From contig DCDV01000030.1 of NCBI GenBank assembly GCA_002316595.1, forward strand, positions 7,955 through 71,954: a DNA stretch of 64,000 bases, read 5' to 3'. The position numbers were made by a program, and so were the translations under genes. Source of the stretch: Mageeibacillus sp. UBA1046. GTDB lineage: Bacteria > Bacillota > Clostridia > Saccharofermentanales > DTU023. Positions within the stretch are counted from its first letter, which is position 1. Every line of letters starts with the position of its first letter. Below the pieces are notes generated by a model. The model worked only from the letters and a program-made list of their open reading frames with translations. It was not told where the DNA came from and made no database searches. This document shows, piece after piece, positions 7,420 through 17,426 of the stretch.

Positions 7420-9894
7420 ATGAACAAAGATCAAAAAGACAAATTTGATAATTATCCTCAGCGCTCGCCACAGAAGCCCGCCAACAGCAAACAAAATGGC
7501 AGGCGCAAAGTTCCTGTGGAAGGCAATTATCGGGATAACGTCGATACCGGGACCGGCAAAAGGACAACCCCGGGTTTTGAGGACAAAACTGTCTCCAGGC
7601 GCATACAGGTCGCAAAGAAAGAACTGCGACGCCGCGTTTCGGGCAAACCGACTCGTCACACTGGCATGGTTTCTGTGTTTAAGGTTGCCGGCAATGCGTT
7701 CAAACATCTGTTCACAGTTGTTATCGCCCTGATTCTTATTGCTTCCTTCCTGCTGGGAGGACTTGGCTTTGGCATGCTCAGCGGTTACATAGCTACTGCC
7801 ACTCCTGTCGAAATCGTAGATATTAAGAGCACTAGCGAACCCACTTATGTGTACGATCGTAACGGCAATGAGATCGCAACATTTACCGGAGCGAGCAACT
7901 TTGAGCGCGAGTACGTCCAGATGGCAAAAATCAAGCCTACCTGGCTGGATGATGCTTTTATCGCTATTGAAGATGAACGGTACGAAACTCATCAGGGCAT
8001 AGATCCCAGACGAATTGGCAGTGCAGTTTTCAGTATGATTGTTAACTCAGGCACTCCCACACATGGCGGATCAACCATCTCGCAGCAAGTGGTAAAAATG
8101 CTCTCCGGGGCAAAAGAAGAATCCGCCCAGCGGAAAGTCCAAGAATGGTATCGCGCTATCGAGCTGGAGAAAGTAAAATCCAAAGATGAAATAATGGAGT
8201 TGTACTGCAATCTGGTGCCAATGGCAAATAAATATGTTGGTGTACAATCAGCTGCCAAAGCATATTTTGGCAAAGACATTTCTGATTTGTCCTTGGCCGA
8301 ATCCGCCTTCCTGGCAGGCATCCCCAATCTGCCGTCTATTTATAACCCGCGTACAGAATTCGGGCGCCGCAACGCTCAAAGGCGTATGCGCATTATCTTA
8401 CAGAATATGTATGATCAGGGCAAGATCAACAAACAGGAACATGAGGCTGCCTTAAATGAAGAATTAATATTCGCGCCCGTGGAAATCTCGCTGCAATCAA
8501 GCAATGTTAACAGTTATTTTGTTGATGCGGCGATCCAGCAGATAATTCGTGATTTGCAATTGCGACGGGGTTATTCGCCCGAATTGGCACGTTTGGCAGT
8601 ATACCAGCAAGGATTACGTATTGAAACGACTATGGACCCTATGGTTCAAGATGCTCTGACCAGATCATTTCAGAAACCTGAACTCTTTTCGAGCAAACCG
8701 GATTCCTTGCCCGATATTCCTGAGCCGCCTCAATCAGCTATGACCGTTATTTCCAATATGCCGTCACAAAGAGGACAGGTTGTGGGGATATACGGCGGGT
8801 TTGGTGAAAAAACTACTCCCATGGGCTGGAATAGAGCAACGCAGAGCAAACGCCAGCCCGGCTCATCTATAAAACCTTTATTAGTATATGCACCGTCTAT
8901 TGAAATAGGGACGGCCACGGCAGGTTCTGTTCTGATGGACGAGGCCAAGCATCTGGATCCTCAGAATCCGGAAAAAGAATGGCCGCAAAACGTAACAAGA
9001 TCATATTCTGGTCCCAGGACTCTCCGTGAGGCTTTGAAATATTCAGTTAACACTATAGCTGTCGATCTCTACGTTAATCAGGTAACTCCGCAGATAGGCC
9101 TTTCTTACCTGAGAGCCTTAGGAATAGACAGGCAGGAAGAAACACAACCGGCCGGTGCTTTAGGGGCGTTTGGCGAAGGAGTCAGCACTTATGAAATGGC
9201 TGGAGCTTTCAGTACCTTCGCAAATCAAGGCACTTATGTAGAGCCTTATATGTATACCAGAGTTCTGGATCAGGATGGTAAAGTCTTGCTCGAGAATAAG
9301 CCTGAGATAAGGCAAGTATTCACTCCTGAAACTGCCTATATAATGACAGATATCATGCAGGATGCAGTGGAAAATGTATACTGGTTTGCACCCGGCAGAC
9401 TTGATAATCAGATATCCGCCGGTAAAACCGGCACAACTGACAATATAATCGACACTTGGTATTGCGGCTATACCCCTTATTACACAGGGGCTGTCTGGTA
9501 TGGATATGACAATAATAACGGACGCCGTACTTCTGTTCCGGAAATCGACCGATATAGTGGCATGACCATCTGGGCTGATGTTATGAATCAAATACATGCA
9601 GGTAAAGAAAACATACAATTCGAGAGGCCTGCAAATGTTGTTTCAAGAACCATCTGCACTACGACAGGACTGCTCAGCAACCCATATTGCAATGAAACAG
9701 ACACTGAACTTTTTGATCGGAGTAGGTCGAATTTCCCCAATCAAACCTGCAGCTTGCATCAGGCGAGACCGCCTGAACCTGAACCTGAACCTGAACCTGA
9801 GCCTGAGCCTGTGCCTGTGCCCGTTGAAGAACCTCAAACCCCCGCTAATGAGTCACCCGCAGCAACTCAACTGACTGAAGCTGAATCACCGTAA
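7420..9894 (+). CDS. Class A penicillin-binding protein (PBP1A-type transglycosylase/transpeptidase)
   Basis: 824 aa. GT51 motifs EDERYETHQGID and GGSTISQQ. Transpeptidase motifs SSIKP and KTGTT. A single TM follows a basic N-terminal tail. Confidence 0.9.
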   Translation: MNKDQKDKFDNYPQRSPQKPANSKQNGRRKVPVEGNYRDNVDTGTGKRTTPGFEDKTVSRRIQVAKKELRRRVSGKPTRHTGMVSVFKVAGNAFKHLFTVVIALILIASFLLGGLGFGMLSGYIATATPVEIVDIKSTSEPTYVYDRNGNEIATFTGASNFEREYVQMAKIKPTWLDDAFIAIEDERYETHQGIDPRRIGSAVFSMIVNSGTPTHGGSTISQQVVKMLSGAKEESAQRKVQEWYRAIELEKVKSKDEIMELYCNLVPMANKYVGVQSAAKAYFGKDISDLSLAESAFLAGIPNLPSIYNPRTEFGRRNAQRRMRIILQNMYDQGKINKQEHEAALNEELIFAPVEISLQSSNVNSYFVDAAIQQIIRDLQLRRGYSPELARLAVYQQGLRIETTMDPMVQDALTRSFQKPELFSSKPDSLPDIPEPPQSAMTVISNMPSQRGQVVGIYGGFGEKTTPMGWNRATQSKRQPGSSIKPLLVYAPSIEIGTATAGSVLMDEAKHLDPQNPEKEWPQNVTRSYSGPRTLREALKYSVNTIAVDLYVNQVTPQIGLSYLRALGIDRQEETQPAGALGAFGEGVSTYEMAGAFSTFANQGTYVEPYMYTRVLDQDGKVLLENKPEIRQVFTPETAYIMTDIMQDAVENVYWFAPGRLDNQISAGKTGTTDNIIDTWYCGYTPYYTGAVWYGYDNNNGRRTSVPEIDRYSGMTIWADVMNQIHAGKENIQFERPANVVSRTICTTTGLLSNPYCNETDTELFDRSRSNFPNQTCSLHQARPPEPEPEPEPEPEPVPVPVEEPQTPANESPAATQLTEAESP
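9772..9825 (+). repeat. Hexanucleotide tandem repeat (CCTGAA x4, CCTGAG x2, CCTGTG x2, CCCGTT) encoding (PE)6(PV)3
   Basis: Read directly from the sequence. Lies inside the 3' end of the PBP gene. Confidence 0.9.
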
Positions 9895-9995
9895 GAAATT
9901 CCGGTCAAACCACCGTCTGAATAACTTCAATACAATTCAATGCCGGATGATTCTCAATAGTCAGACCCTTAAATACCAATAAGAAGGAGTCCAAA

Positions 9996-11303
9996 ATGTT
10001 ATTCAAAGATATCAGCATCATTGATCATCGGGGGATTACTCACGATAATATGTATCTGGGAACTGCCTCAGATAAAATTATCTGGCTGGAAAAGTTTTCT
10101 CCCCCCTCAGAACTTCTCAGCTCTGTTGATGCAGAAATCTATGAAGGCAGAGACAAAGTACTCTTACCCGGTCTTTATAATATGCACAGTCATGTCCCCA
10201 TGACTTTATTGCGGGGTTATGGAGAAGGATTGCCTTTAAAACGCTGGCTTCAAGAGAAAATCTTCCCTTTTGAAGCCTTGCTGGACGCCAACGACATGTA
10301 TTGGGGTACTCTGCTGGGAGTCTATGAAATGCTGGCCTCCGGAGTCGTCTCTTTCAGCGACATGTATATGCGTCTGGAAGGCATCTTCCGTGCAGTTCTG
10401 GAAACGGGCATAAAAGCAAATATCACAAACGCTTTTATCGGTAACGAAGATACTGATATTTTTCATGACAGATCCTTTGCAGAAGTAACTGAGTTGATGC
10501 ACAACTGCCTCTCTACTGAAGGACGCATAATAGCCGAAGCCGGTATCCACGCCGAATACTCCTGCGATGAACGTGTCATCCGCGATATTGTCGACTGGGC
10601 AAAAGATGAAGATCTTAACTTGCAGGTACATCTGTCTGAAACTAGAGCAGAACATGAAGAATGTAAAGGCAGACACCAAAATCTGACTCCTGCAGCGTAT
10701 TTGAATTCTCTTGATTTCTTTGACCAGCCAACCGTGGCTGCCCATTGCGTCTACCTGGAAGACTCCGATCTGGATATTTTGCATGATAAAGAAGTAACTA
10801 TCTGCCACTGCCCTTCGTCGAATCTTAAACTGGGCAGCGGAATCGCTCCGCTTGCTAAGTTCATGCAACGCGATATAGCCGTGACAATCGGTACAGACGG
10901 AGCCTCTTCGAATAACAATCTGAATATGCTTGAGGAGATCTCTCTGGCGGCACTCCTTGCCAAAGGCGTCAATCAAGATCCATCTCTAATGAAGACCGAG
11001 GACATCCTGCCTATTGTTACTGCCAACGGCGCAAAAGCCCAAGGACGCAAGAATTGCGGCAAGCTGGAAGTCGGAGCACAGGCTGATCTTTTTATCATGG
11101 ATCTTCAGAAAGCCCACATGAGGCCTGTCTATGATCTGCCAGCCAATATTTTTTTCAGTGGTCAGAGTGCTGATGTTGTACTTACTATGGTTGACGGAAA
11201 AGTTGTTTATCGTGACGGCATTGCTCCCGGTATTGATCTGGAACGCGTCTTTTTTGAAGTTGACAGAATCAAAGAAGAGAAACTTCACAAACTAAGCAGC
11301 TGA
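9996..11303 (+). CDS. mtaD: 5-methylthioadenosine/S-adenosylhomocysteine deaminase (amidohydrolase family)
   Basis: 435 aa. Metal-binding NMHSHVPMTLLRG motif, HLSET and TDGASSNN motifs typical of MtaD/chlorohydrolase-type amidohydrolases. AAGGAG SD. Confidence 0.75.
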   Translation: MLFKDISIIDHRGITHDNMYLGTASDKIIWLEKFSPPSELLSSVDAEIYEGRDKVLLPGLYNMHSHVPMTLLRGYGEGLPLKRWLQEKIFPFEALLDANDMYWGTLLGVYEMLASGVVSFSDMYMRLEGIFRAVLETGIKANITNAFIGNEDTDIFHDRSFAEVTELMHNCLSTEGRIIAEAGIHAEYSCDERVIRDIVDWAKDEDLNLQVHLSETRAEHEECKGRHQNLTPAAYLNSLDFFDQPTVAAHCVYLEDSDLDILHDKEVTICHCPSSNLKLGSGIAPLAKFMQRDIAVTIGTDGASSNNNLNMLEEISLAALLAKGVNQDPSLMKTEDILPIVTANGAKAQGRKNCGKLEVGAQADLFIMDLQKAHMRPVYDLPANIFFSGQSADVVLTMVDGKVVYRDGIAPGIDLERVFFEVDRIKEEKLHKLSS

Positions 11304-11327
11304 ATCACCTGAAACCTCAATGCTAAT

Positions 11328-11375
11328 ATGTGTTGATAAAATTTCGCTAAAATGTGCTGATAAAATTTCGCTTAT
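11328..11375. repeat. Two tandem 24-bp units (ATGTG(T/C)TGATAAAATTTCGCT)
   Basis: Copies at 11328..11349 and 11352..11373, just after the mtaD stop. Confidence 0.8.
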
Positions 11376-11389
11376 AAATGAGCAGAAAG

Positions 11390-11417
11390 TTGGCAACAAG
11401 CCCGGGCTTGTTGCCAA
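11390..11417. terminator. Perfect 28-bp palindrome, likely a bidirectional terminator between convergent mtaD and the peroxiredoxin gene
   Basis: TTGGCAACAAGCCC/GGGCTTGTTGCCAA. The flanking U-tracts are weak on both strands. Confidence 0.5.
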
Positions 11418-11463
11418 TTCCAAAAATATAAAGAGGAGAATTATTAAATCTAATACTTAAGTC

Positions 11464-12186
11464 TTACTTGTCTTTGTCTTTTCTAAAGGTCAAATACCAA
11501 TCCTTCATATCGTATTCATAACGATCGTCGCTGCCGCTTTGGCCAAGCTCCACTCTTTCTTTGAGAGCGGTCTGGGTGCCCGGAGCGGGAATAATGACAT
11601 CTTTCCCTGGCTGCCAGTTGGCCGGCAAAGCGACATTCTCTTTCTCACATAGCTGCAGTCCCGTCAGGATACGCTTGATTTCAGCAAAATTGCGGCCGAG
11701 AGAGGCGGGGTAATACAGAATAGTACGGACAATTCCTCGCGGATCTATGAAAAAGACTGCACGCACCGCGGATGTATCCGACTCTCCCTGAACCATGCCA
11801 TATTTATTGGCTACTTCCATCTTGATGTCCGCTATAACAGGGAATTTAACCTCCGGATTCTCTATGTCTTCCCATGTATATCCTTCAATTGCATTAACCC
11901 AGGCTAAATGTGAGAAAAGTGAATCGATGGAAAGGCCTATCAGCTCTGTGTTCATCTCGGCGAATTCTTCATGCATTTTTGCAAAGGTCATAAACTCAGT
12001 TGTACAGACAGGTGTAAAGTCGGAAGGATGAGAAAAGAGAATTACCCATTTGCCTTCATAGTCCTCAGGAAATTTTATCATCCCTTGTGTGGTATTGGTT
12101 TCAAATGAGGGGGCTTTAGTTCCGATTAAGGGAAAACTGACAGCATTTTCCTTTTTCTCTGCGGTTTCAATGTTTTGATCATTCAT
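11464..12186 (-). CDS. Peroxiredoxin (Prx1/Prx6-like, peroxidatic Cys in FTPVCTTE)
   Basis: From ORF 11464..12192. DFTPVCTTE motif. ATG 12186 has AAGGAG 8 nt upstream. The listed TTG start is too close to the SD. Confidence 0.85.
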   Translation of the reverse strand: MNDQNIETAEKKENAVSFPLIGTKAPSFETNTTQGMIKFPEDYEGKWVILFSHPSDFTPVCTTEFMTFAKMHEEFAEMNTELIGLSIDSLFSHLAWVNAIEGYTWEDIENPEVKFPVIADIKMEVANKYGMVQGESDTSAVRAVFFIDPRGIVRTILYYPASLGRNFAEIKRILTGLQLCEKENVALPANWQPGKDVIIPAPGTQTALKERVELGQSGSDDRYEYDMKDWYLTFRKDKDK

Positions 12187-12240
12187 TTTCAAAACTCCTT
12201 TTATTAAGATTCCGTGTTCTTTCCTAAAAAATATTAATGT

Positions 12241-12276
12241 GTTGATGCTGTTGTTTCAGTTGATGTTGTTGTTTCA
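12241..12276. repeat. Two tandem 18-bp units (GTTGATG(C/T)TGTTGTTTCA) in the peroxiredoxin promoter region
   Basis: Units at 12241..12258 and 12259..12276, differing at one position. Confidence 0.85.
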
Positions 12277-12361
12277 GAATAAAAGAGAAGAATCAGAGAT
12301 TCAAATACATGACAAGAATGTTTCTTCAGTTACACGAACAGGGATCTAGGAGTTATAGCTT

Positions 12362-12391
12362 AAAGAGAAAATACCGGCACTACTATGCCGG
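12362..12391 (-). terminator. Rho-independent terminator candidate downstream of livF
   Basis: Stem CCGGCA/TGCCGG at 12374..12391, followed on the minus strand by TATTTTCTCT. Confidence 0.5.
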
Positions 12392-12556
12392 TAAAAAGCG
12401 AAAAGAGCTCTAGTTGGGAGCCCTTTTCTGAGGAGACGTATGAAGAGGTGTTGTATGTAAGTTTTAACTTACGCTGACATTTTAGTTAGTTTATGTGTCT
12501 TCTATTTCGCAGAATAATGAACTATTGTGAAAAAAGGTGAAACAGGCATAGCGTTT

Positions 12557-13273
12557 TCAGGTGCCCAGATATGCTTCACGGATACGCTCATCTTCGAGCA
12601 TTTCACAAGCAATGCCTTCATGTACAATCCTGCCTGTTTCCAGCACATAAGCCCGATCAGCAATACTTAACGCCATACGGGCGTTTTGTTCAACCAGCAA
12701 AATAGTAGTCCCTTCTCTTCTCAGCTCCTGAATAAGATCAAAAACTTCTTTTACTAACAAGGGGGCCAGCCCCATAGAGGGTTCATCCATCAACATCAGC
12801 TTAGGTCTGGACATCAGCGCTCTGGCAATCGCCAGCATTTGCTGCTCACCCCCGGAAAGAGTACCGGCTGGCTGATGGCGTCTCTCGGCTAAACGGGGAA
12901 AGCGCTCAAGAATATCTTCAACATCCTTTTTTACTTCGGATTTCTTAGTACGGATATAAGCACCCATCTCCAGGTTGTCTTCTACAGACAGCCGGGTGAA
13001 GATCCTTCTTCCTTCAGGCACCTGAACCAAACCGGTAGTTACAATATCTTCCGGCTTAACCTTAACCAGATCCAGTCCGTTATATATAATCTGTCCCTGG
13101 CGGGGACGCAATAATCCGGAAATGCAGTGCATGATAGTCGTCTTACCGGCACCATTTGCCCCGATTAAAGATACCAACTCTCCTTCTTCCTTAATTTCGA
13201 GGCTGATACCTTTAATGGCGTGGATTGGACCGTAAAAAACATGCAGATCACTAATAGTGAACAGACTCTTCAT
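12557..13273 (-). CDS. livF: Branched-chain amino acid ABC transporter ATP-binding protein (LivF-type)
   Basis: 238 aa. Walker A GANGAGKTT, signature LSGGEQQM, Walker B LMLMDEPS, and C-terminal AYLG typical of LivF. Confidence 0.85.
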   Translation of the reverse strand: MKSLFTISDLHVFYGPIHAIKGISLEIKEEGELVSLIGANGAGKTTIMHCISGLLRPRQGQIIYNGLDLVKVKPEDIVTTGLVQVPEGRRIFTRLSVEDNLEMGAYIRTKKSEVKKDVEDILERFPRLAERRHQPAGTLSGGEQQMLAIARALMSRPKLMLMDEPSMGLAPLLVKEVFDLIQELRREGTTILLVEQNARMALSIADRAYVLETGRIVHEGIACEMLEDERIREAYLGT

Positions 13274-13274
13274 C

Positions 13275-14039
13275 CTAAACCTCGCATCCTAAATAGGCAT
13301 CGATTACTTCTTTGTTCTTCTTTATATTCTCAGGAATTCCTTCTGCGATCACGCAGCCATAATTCAAAACGACGATCTTGTCACAGATGCCCATTACCAG
13401 TTTCATGTCATGCTCAATAAGCAGTATGGCAATAGAAAATCGCTCGCGCACTGCATCTATTCTTTCCATCAGGGCTTCAGTCTCGGAGGGGTTCATACCT
13501 GCCGCAGGCTCATCGAGCAAAAGGACGCGTGGATTGGTTGCCAGGGCACGGCAAATTTCCAGTTGACGCTGTTGACCGTAAGGCAAGTTTCCTGCGTAGT
13601 AATCAGCATAGGGATCCAAATCAAAAACCTGCAGTAATTCCATAGCTTTTTCATGAATTGATTTTTCTTCCCGCCAGTAGGAAGGGAGGCGGAAAACTCC
13701 TGCCGGTACTGAGTATTTGCCCTGATAAATGAAACCTACTTTAACATTGTCAATGACGGGCATATTGCGGAAAAGGCGAATGTTCTGAAAAGTGCGGGTG
13801 AGTCCGCGTGCTACTGCCTGATGAGGCTTCTTCCCCTTCATGATCTCTCCGTCAAGGATAACGGTGCCGCTATTAGGCTGGTACACATGTGTAAGAAGAT
13901 TAAAGATAGTTGTCTTCCCCGCGCCATTCTGTCCGATCATACCTGTAATACTGCCGTCCTCAACGGTAAAGCTAACATCATTGACAGCAATCAGGCCACC
14001 GAATCTGAGTGTTAAATTATTAACTTCAAGTAAAGCCAT
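13275..14039 (-). CDS. livG: Branched-chain amino acid ABC transporter ATP-binding protein (LivG-type)
   Basis: 254 aa. GQNGAGKTT, LPYGQQRQLEI and LLLDEPAAG motifs. Confidence 0.85.
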   Translation of the reverse strand: MALLEVNNLTLRFGGLIAVNDVSFTVEDGSITGMIGQNGAGKTTIFNLLTHVYQPNSGTVILDGEIMKGKKPHQAVARGLTRTFQNIRLFRNMPVIDNVKVGFIYQGKYSVPAGVFRLPSYWREEKSIHEKAMELLQVFDLDPYADYYAGNLPYGQQRQLEICRALATNPRVLLLDEPAAGMNPSETEALMERIDAVRERFSIAILLIEHDMKLVMGICDKIVVLNYGCVIAEGIPENIKKNKEVIDAYLGCEV

Positions 14040-14042
14040 CTT

Positions 14043-15176
14043 TTATCTCCTTCCCTTCCATTTACGTTCTAATGGTTCTTCCGGAGTGCCTGAAGAAGTA
14101 CCCGTCCTCTCGCGCAGGTCACTGTCTGCTTTGCGTTCAGCGCTGCCGCTGACGGGAATATTCTCCTGAGGAGTAACGCTGCTCCCTCCCACTCCTGAGC
14201 TCGGGGGAGATTCCTCTCGCTTCACTCTGCGGAAAAGATTGCCGATAACGCGCTGGGAAAGTTCCTTCTGTCCCAGCAATCCTTCAGGACGATATAACAT
14301 TAATAAGATCAGGACTGCAGAGTAGATCAAGGTACGATATGCAGCTAATCCTCTTAACAGTTCCGGCAATAAGGTCAGGAAAAATGCAGATATTACTGAG
14401 CCTGTCAATGAACCGATACCACCGAGGACGACCATGACCATGAAGTTTATTGACTGGTTATAATCAAAAAAGCTTGGCTCCAATACGCCCTGGTAATGAG
14501 CATAGAGACCGCCGGCTACACCGGCGAAGAAAGCAGATAGAGAAAAGGCGATCAATTTATAACGTGTAACTGCTACACCGCAAGCTTCAGACGCAATATC
14601 ATCCTCACGGATAGACAAGATCGCTCTGCCATGGCTGGAGCGTATCAGAGTATAGATAACAATAATAGTAATTATGAGTACCCAATACCCCATCGTGTAA
14701 GTAGTGTCAAGAGAAATCCCGGTCAGCGGCTGACCGCCTCCGGTAATTTTCATGGACCGCATAATAACTTTTACAATCTCACCAAAAGCCAAGGTGGTGA
14801 TGGCAAGATAATCTCCTCTGAGCCGAAAGGCCGGGATACCGACAACTATACCCGAAAGTGCGGCCATCAGGCCGCCGGCAATCAGAGAGACAAAAAGGAT
14901 GGGTATGTTCCCGGGACTGTCTGCAGACAACGTTATCAGCGCTGAAGTATAAGCGCCTACTGACATGAATCCTGCATGACCCAAATTCAATTCACCCAAA
15001 AGCCCCGTCGAAAGATTCAATGACACTGCGGCAATACTGAATATGCAGCAGAGAGTGAAAAGATCTATGAAGGTGCGACTGACCAGTCCATTACTGAATA
15101 TCAGATAAAAGACTAAATAAACACAAGCTGCAGCAGCCAAATTTATCAGGTAAGATTTAAATTTTGATTTTGGCAT
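14043..15176 (-). CDS. livM: Branched-chain amino acid ABC transporter permease (LivM-type) with about 75-aa hydrophilic C-terminal tail
   Basis: 377 aa. Polytopic membrane core, then a Ser/Gly/Glu/Arg-rich tail. Position in the liv operon supports the call. Confidence 0.85.
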   Translation of the reverse strand: MPKSKFKSYLINLAAAACVYLVFYLIFSNGLVSRTFIDLFTLCCIFSIAAVSLNLSTGLLGELNLGHAGFMSVGAYTSALITLSADSPGNIPILFVSLIAGGLMAALSGIVVGIPAFRLRGDYLAITTLAFGEIVKVIMRSMKITGGGQPLTGISLDTTYTMGYWVLIITIIVIYTLIRSSHGRAILSIREDDIASEACGVAVTRYKLIAFSLSAFFAGVAGGLYAHYQGVLEPSFFDYNQSINFMVMVVLGGIGSLTGSVISAFFLTLLPELLRGLAAYRTLIYSAVLILLMLYRPEGLLGQKELSQRVIGNLFRRVKREESPPSSGVGGSSVTPQENIPVSGSAERKADSDLRERTGTSSGTPEEPLERKWKGRR

Positions 15177-15184
15177 ACTCCCCC

Positions 15185-16075
15185 CTATACTTTCTCTCGC
15201 TCGCTTTTTCCCAATAATCCCGCTGGCTTTAGTAACAGGACCAGGATTAAGATGACAAATACTACTCCTTCAGAAAGTTGAGCAACCGATGAAGGGATAT
15301 ATGCTCTAGTCATCGTCTCGACGAGACCCAGGAGGAAGCCGCCCAGCATAGCGCCGGGGATAAGCCCTATTCCGCCCAGCACAGCAGCAATAAATGCCTT
15401 GATACCGGGCAACGCTCCCATATAAGGAGTTATCTGGGGATAGGAGACTATATATAACGCTGCTGCAATGGCAGCCAGAGCTGAACCGATAGCGAAGGTC
15501 ATTGATACTATTCGGTTCACTTTGATCCCCATCAGATACGCTCCCTTCAAGTCTTCAGAAACAACCAGCATGGCTTTGCCTGCCTTGTGGCGGGTCACGA
15601 ACAACTGCAGGAGGATCATTACAACCACAGCAACTGCAATAGTGATCAGGGTCCATGCACTTATAGAGATCTCTCCGGCGTGCAAGACCGGAAAACTGGA
15701 TGCAGTCAAGGGGAAGGCTCTGGGGTCAGGAGTGAATAAAATAGCATATAAAGTTTGCAGAAACAGACTGACAGCTATAGCTGTGATCAAAGCAGAGAGC
15801 CTGGATGCCTGGCGTAAACGCCTGTACGCTATTCTCTCGATCAAAACGCCTAAAATTACAGACAAAATTGTAGCCAGAATAGTGGCTGCAATAAAGGGGA
15901 GATCCAGCAATGTCATGAAGAAATATATGAAATAGGCCGCTGTCATCATAATTTCACCATGAGCGAAGTTGATCAGCTTGATAATGCCATATACCATCGT
16001 GTAACCAAGGGCAATCAGGGCATAGATCGATCCTATCTGCAAGCCATTCAAAAACTGTAATATGAAATATGTCAT
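15185..16075 (-). CDS. livH: Branched-chain amino acid ABC transporter permease (LivH-type)
   Basis: From ORF 15185..16129. The typical LivH N-terminus MTYFILQFLNGLQIGSIYALIALGYTMVYG begins at ATG 16075. The upstream ATG has no SD. Confidence 0.85.
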   Translation of the reverse strand: MTYFILQFLNGLQIGSIYALIALGYTMVYGIIKLINFAHGEIMMTAAYFIYFFMTLLDLPFIAATILATILSVILGVLIERIAYRRLRQASRLSALITAIAVSLFLQTLYAILFTPDPRAFPLTASSFPVLHAGEISISAWTLITIAVAVVVMILLQLFVTRHKAGKAMLVVSEDLKGAYLMGIKVNRIVSMTFAIGSALAAIAAALYIVSYPQITPYMGALPGIKAFIAAVLGGIGLIPGAMLGGFLLGLVETMTRAYIPSSVAQLSEGVVFVILILVLLLKPAGLLGKSEREKV

Positions 16076-16208
16076 AAATAATCTCTTTTCAACAGAGCTG
16101 TCTTTAAAGATACAAATGCCATGAACCAAGAGGATGTTATCCTGCCTGGTTCATGACTTTGATAAAAATTCACCTTTTAAGTGTTTAATCTATATCCGAT
16201 TTACGATG

Positions 16209-17426
16209 CTATTCGTCGCTCTGCATCTTAGTAGACAGAGTATATTCACCATCTTTAATCAGAATGATAGACACAGTCTTGATGGGATTATTATTGTCAT
16301 CAAAGGTAATGTTGCCGGTGACACCCTCATATTCCAGATTCTTCATAGCATCAATGATAGCATCTGAATCAGTATTTCCTGCCTCTTCTATAGCTTGTAT
16401 CATCATATTGGCGGCATCGTAGCCGAGAGCTGCGAATGAAACAGCTTCCATATCATAAGCTTCGCGGTAAGCACTTAAGAAAGACTGCAATTTTTCATTA
16501 GGGTCGTCCTGTGCGTAATGGTTGGTAAAATATGCGCCGTCGGCATCATTCTTCTCTGTACCTATGACATTTTCGCTCAGAACGCCATCCCAGCCGTCGC
16601 CGCCCAGATAAGGAACATCCAAACCGACCTGCTTGGCCTGACGCACTATCATGATGTTGTCGTTATAGTAATTAGGAACATAGAGAACTTCAGCCCCGGC
16701 AGTCTTAATCTTGGTAAGCTGTGTTTTGAAATCTGTGTCTGTGGAACTGTAATTCTCAGAAGCTACAATCTCAACACCTTCTTCTTCACATCTGGCCGTG
16801 AAAGCGTCCGTCAGTCCCTGGGAATAGTTATCTGATACGTTGTATAAAATTGCTGCTTTCTTAAGTTCCAGATTATTAGCAACAAATGCGCCCATCAGAT
16901 CGCCCTGTACCTCATCAATAAAGCAGGCACGGAAAACATTTTCTCCCTGCTTAGTAATGTCGGCAGACGTGCCGCTTGCTGTTATTAAGGGCATATTGTC
17001 GCGAGCTGCACGCTGAGCTACAGCGATAGATGGCTCTGAGGTAACGTCACCGATTACTGCCACAACTTTATCGTCATTGACTAAGCGGTTATAGGCGTTT
17101 GTTGCTTCTACTGTCTCGCCTTTTTCGTCGTAAACGATATACTCGATCTGTTTACCCAAAACTCCGCCGTTTTCATTAACCTCTTCGATTGCCAGCTGGA
17201 CTCCATTATTAACAGCAATACCATAGATAGAAACATTTCCGGTTAGTGGGGCTAAGCCACCAATCTTAATGGTATCCCCTGTTTCGCCCGGTGCTTCTGT
17301 GTTGCCGTTTTCCGGATCTGTTGTCTCCGGTTCTGCCGCAGTCCCGCAGGATGTCAGCAGCATAATAATTGCCAACGACACCAGTAGAACTGTTGTGAAC
17401 ACTTTCTTAGATTTTGACTTTCTCAT
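16209..17426 (-). CDS. livJ: Branched-chain amino acid ABC transporter substrate-binding lipoprotein
   Basis: 405 aa. Lipobox LTSCG. Type 1 periplasmic-binding fold motifs (IKIGGLAPLTG). GAGGAGG SD. Confidence 0.85.
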   Translation of the reverse strand: MRKSKSKKVFTTVLLVSLAIIMLLTSCGTAAEPETTDPENGNTEAPGETGDTIKIGGLAPLTGNVSIYGIAVNNGVQLAIEEVNENGGVLGKQIEYIVYDEKGETVEATNAYNRLVNDDKVVAVIGDVTSEPSIAVAQRAARDNMPLITASGTSADITKQGENVFRACFIDEVQGDLMGAFVANNLELKKAAILYNVSDNYSQGLTDAFTARCEEEGVEIVASENYSSTDTDFKTQLTKIKTAGAEVLYVPNYYNDNIMIVRQAKQVGLDVPYLGGDGWDGVLSENVIGTEKNDADGAYFTNHYAQDDPNEKLQSFLSAYREAYDMEAVSFAALGYDAANMMIQAIEEAGNTDSDAIIDAMKNLEYEGVTGNITFDDNNNPIKTVSIILIKDGEYTLSTKMQSDE

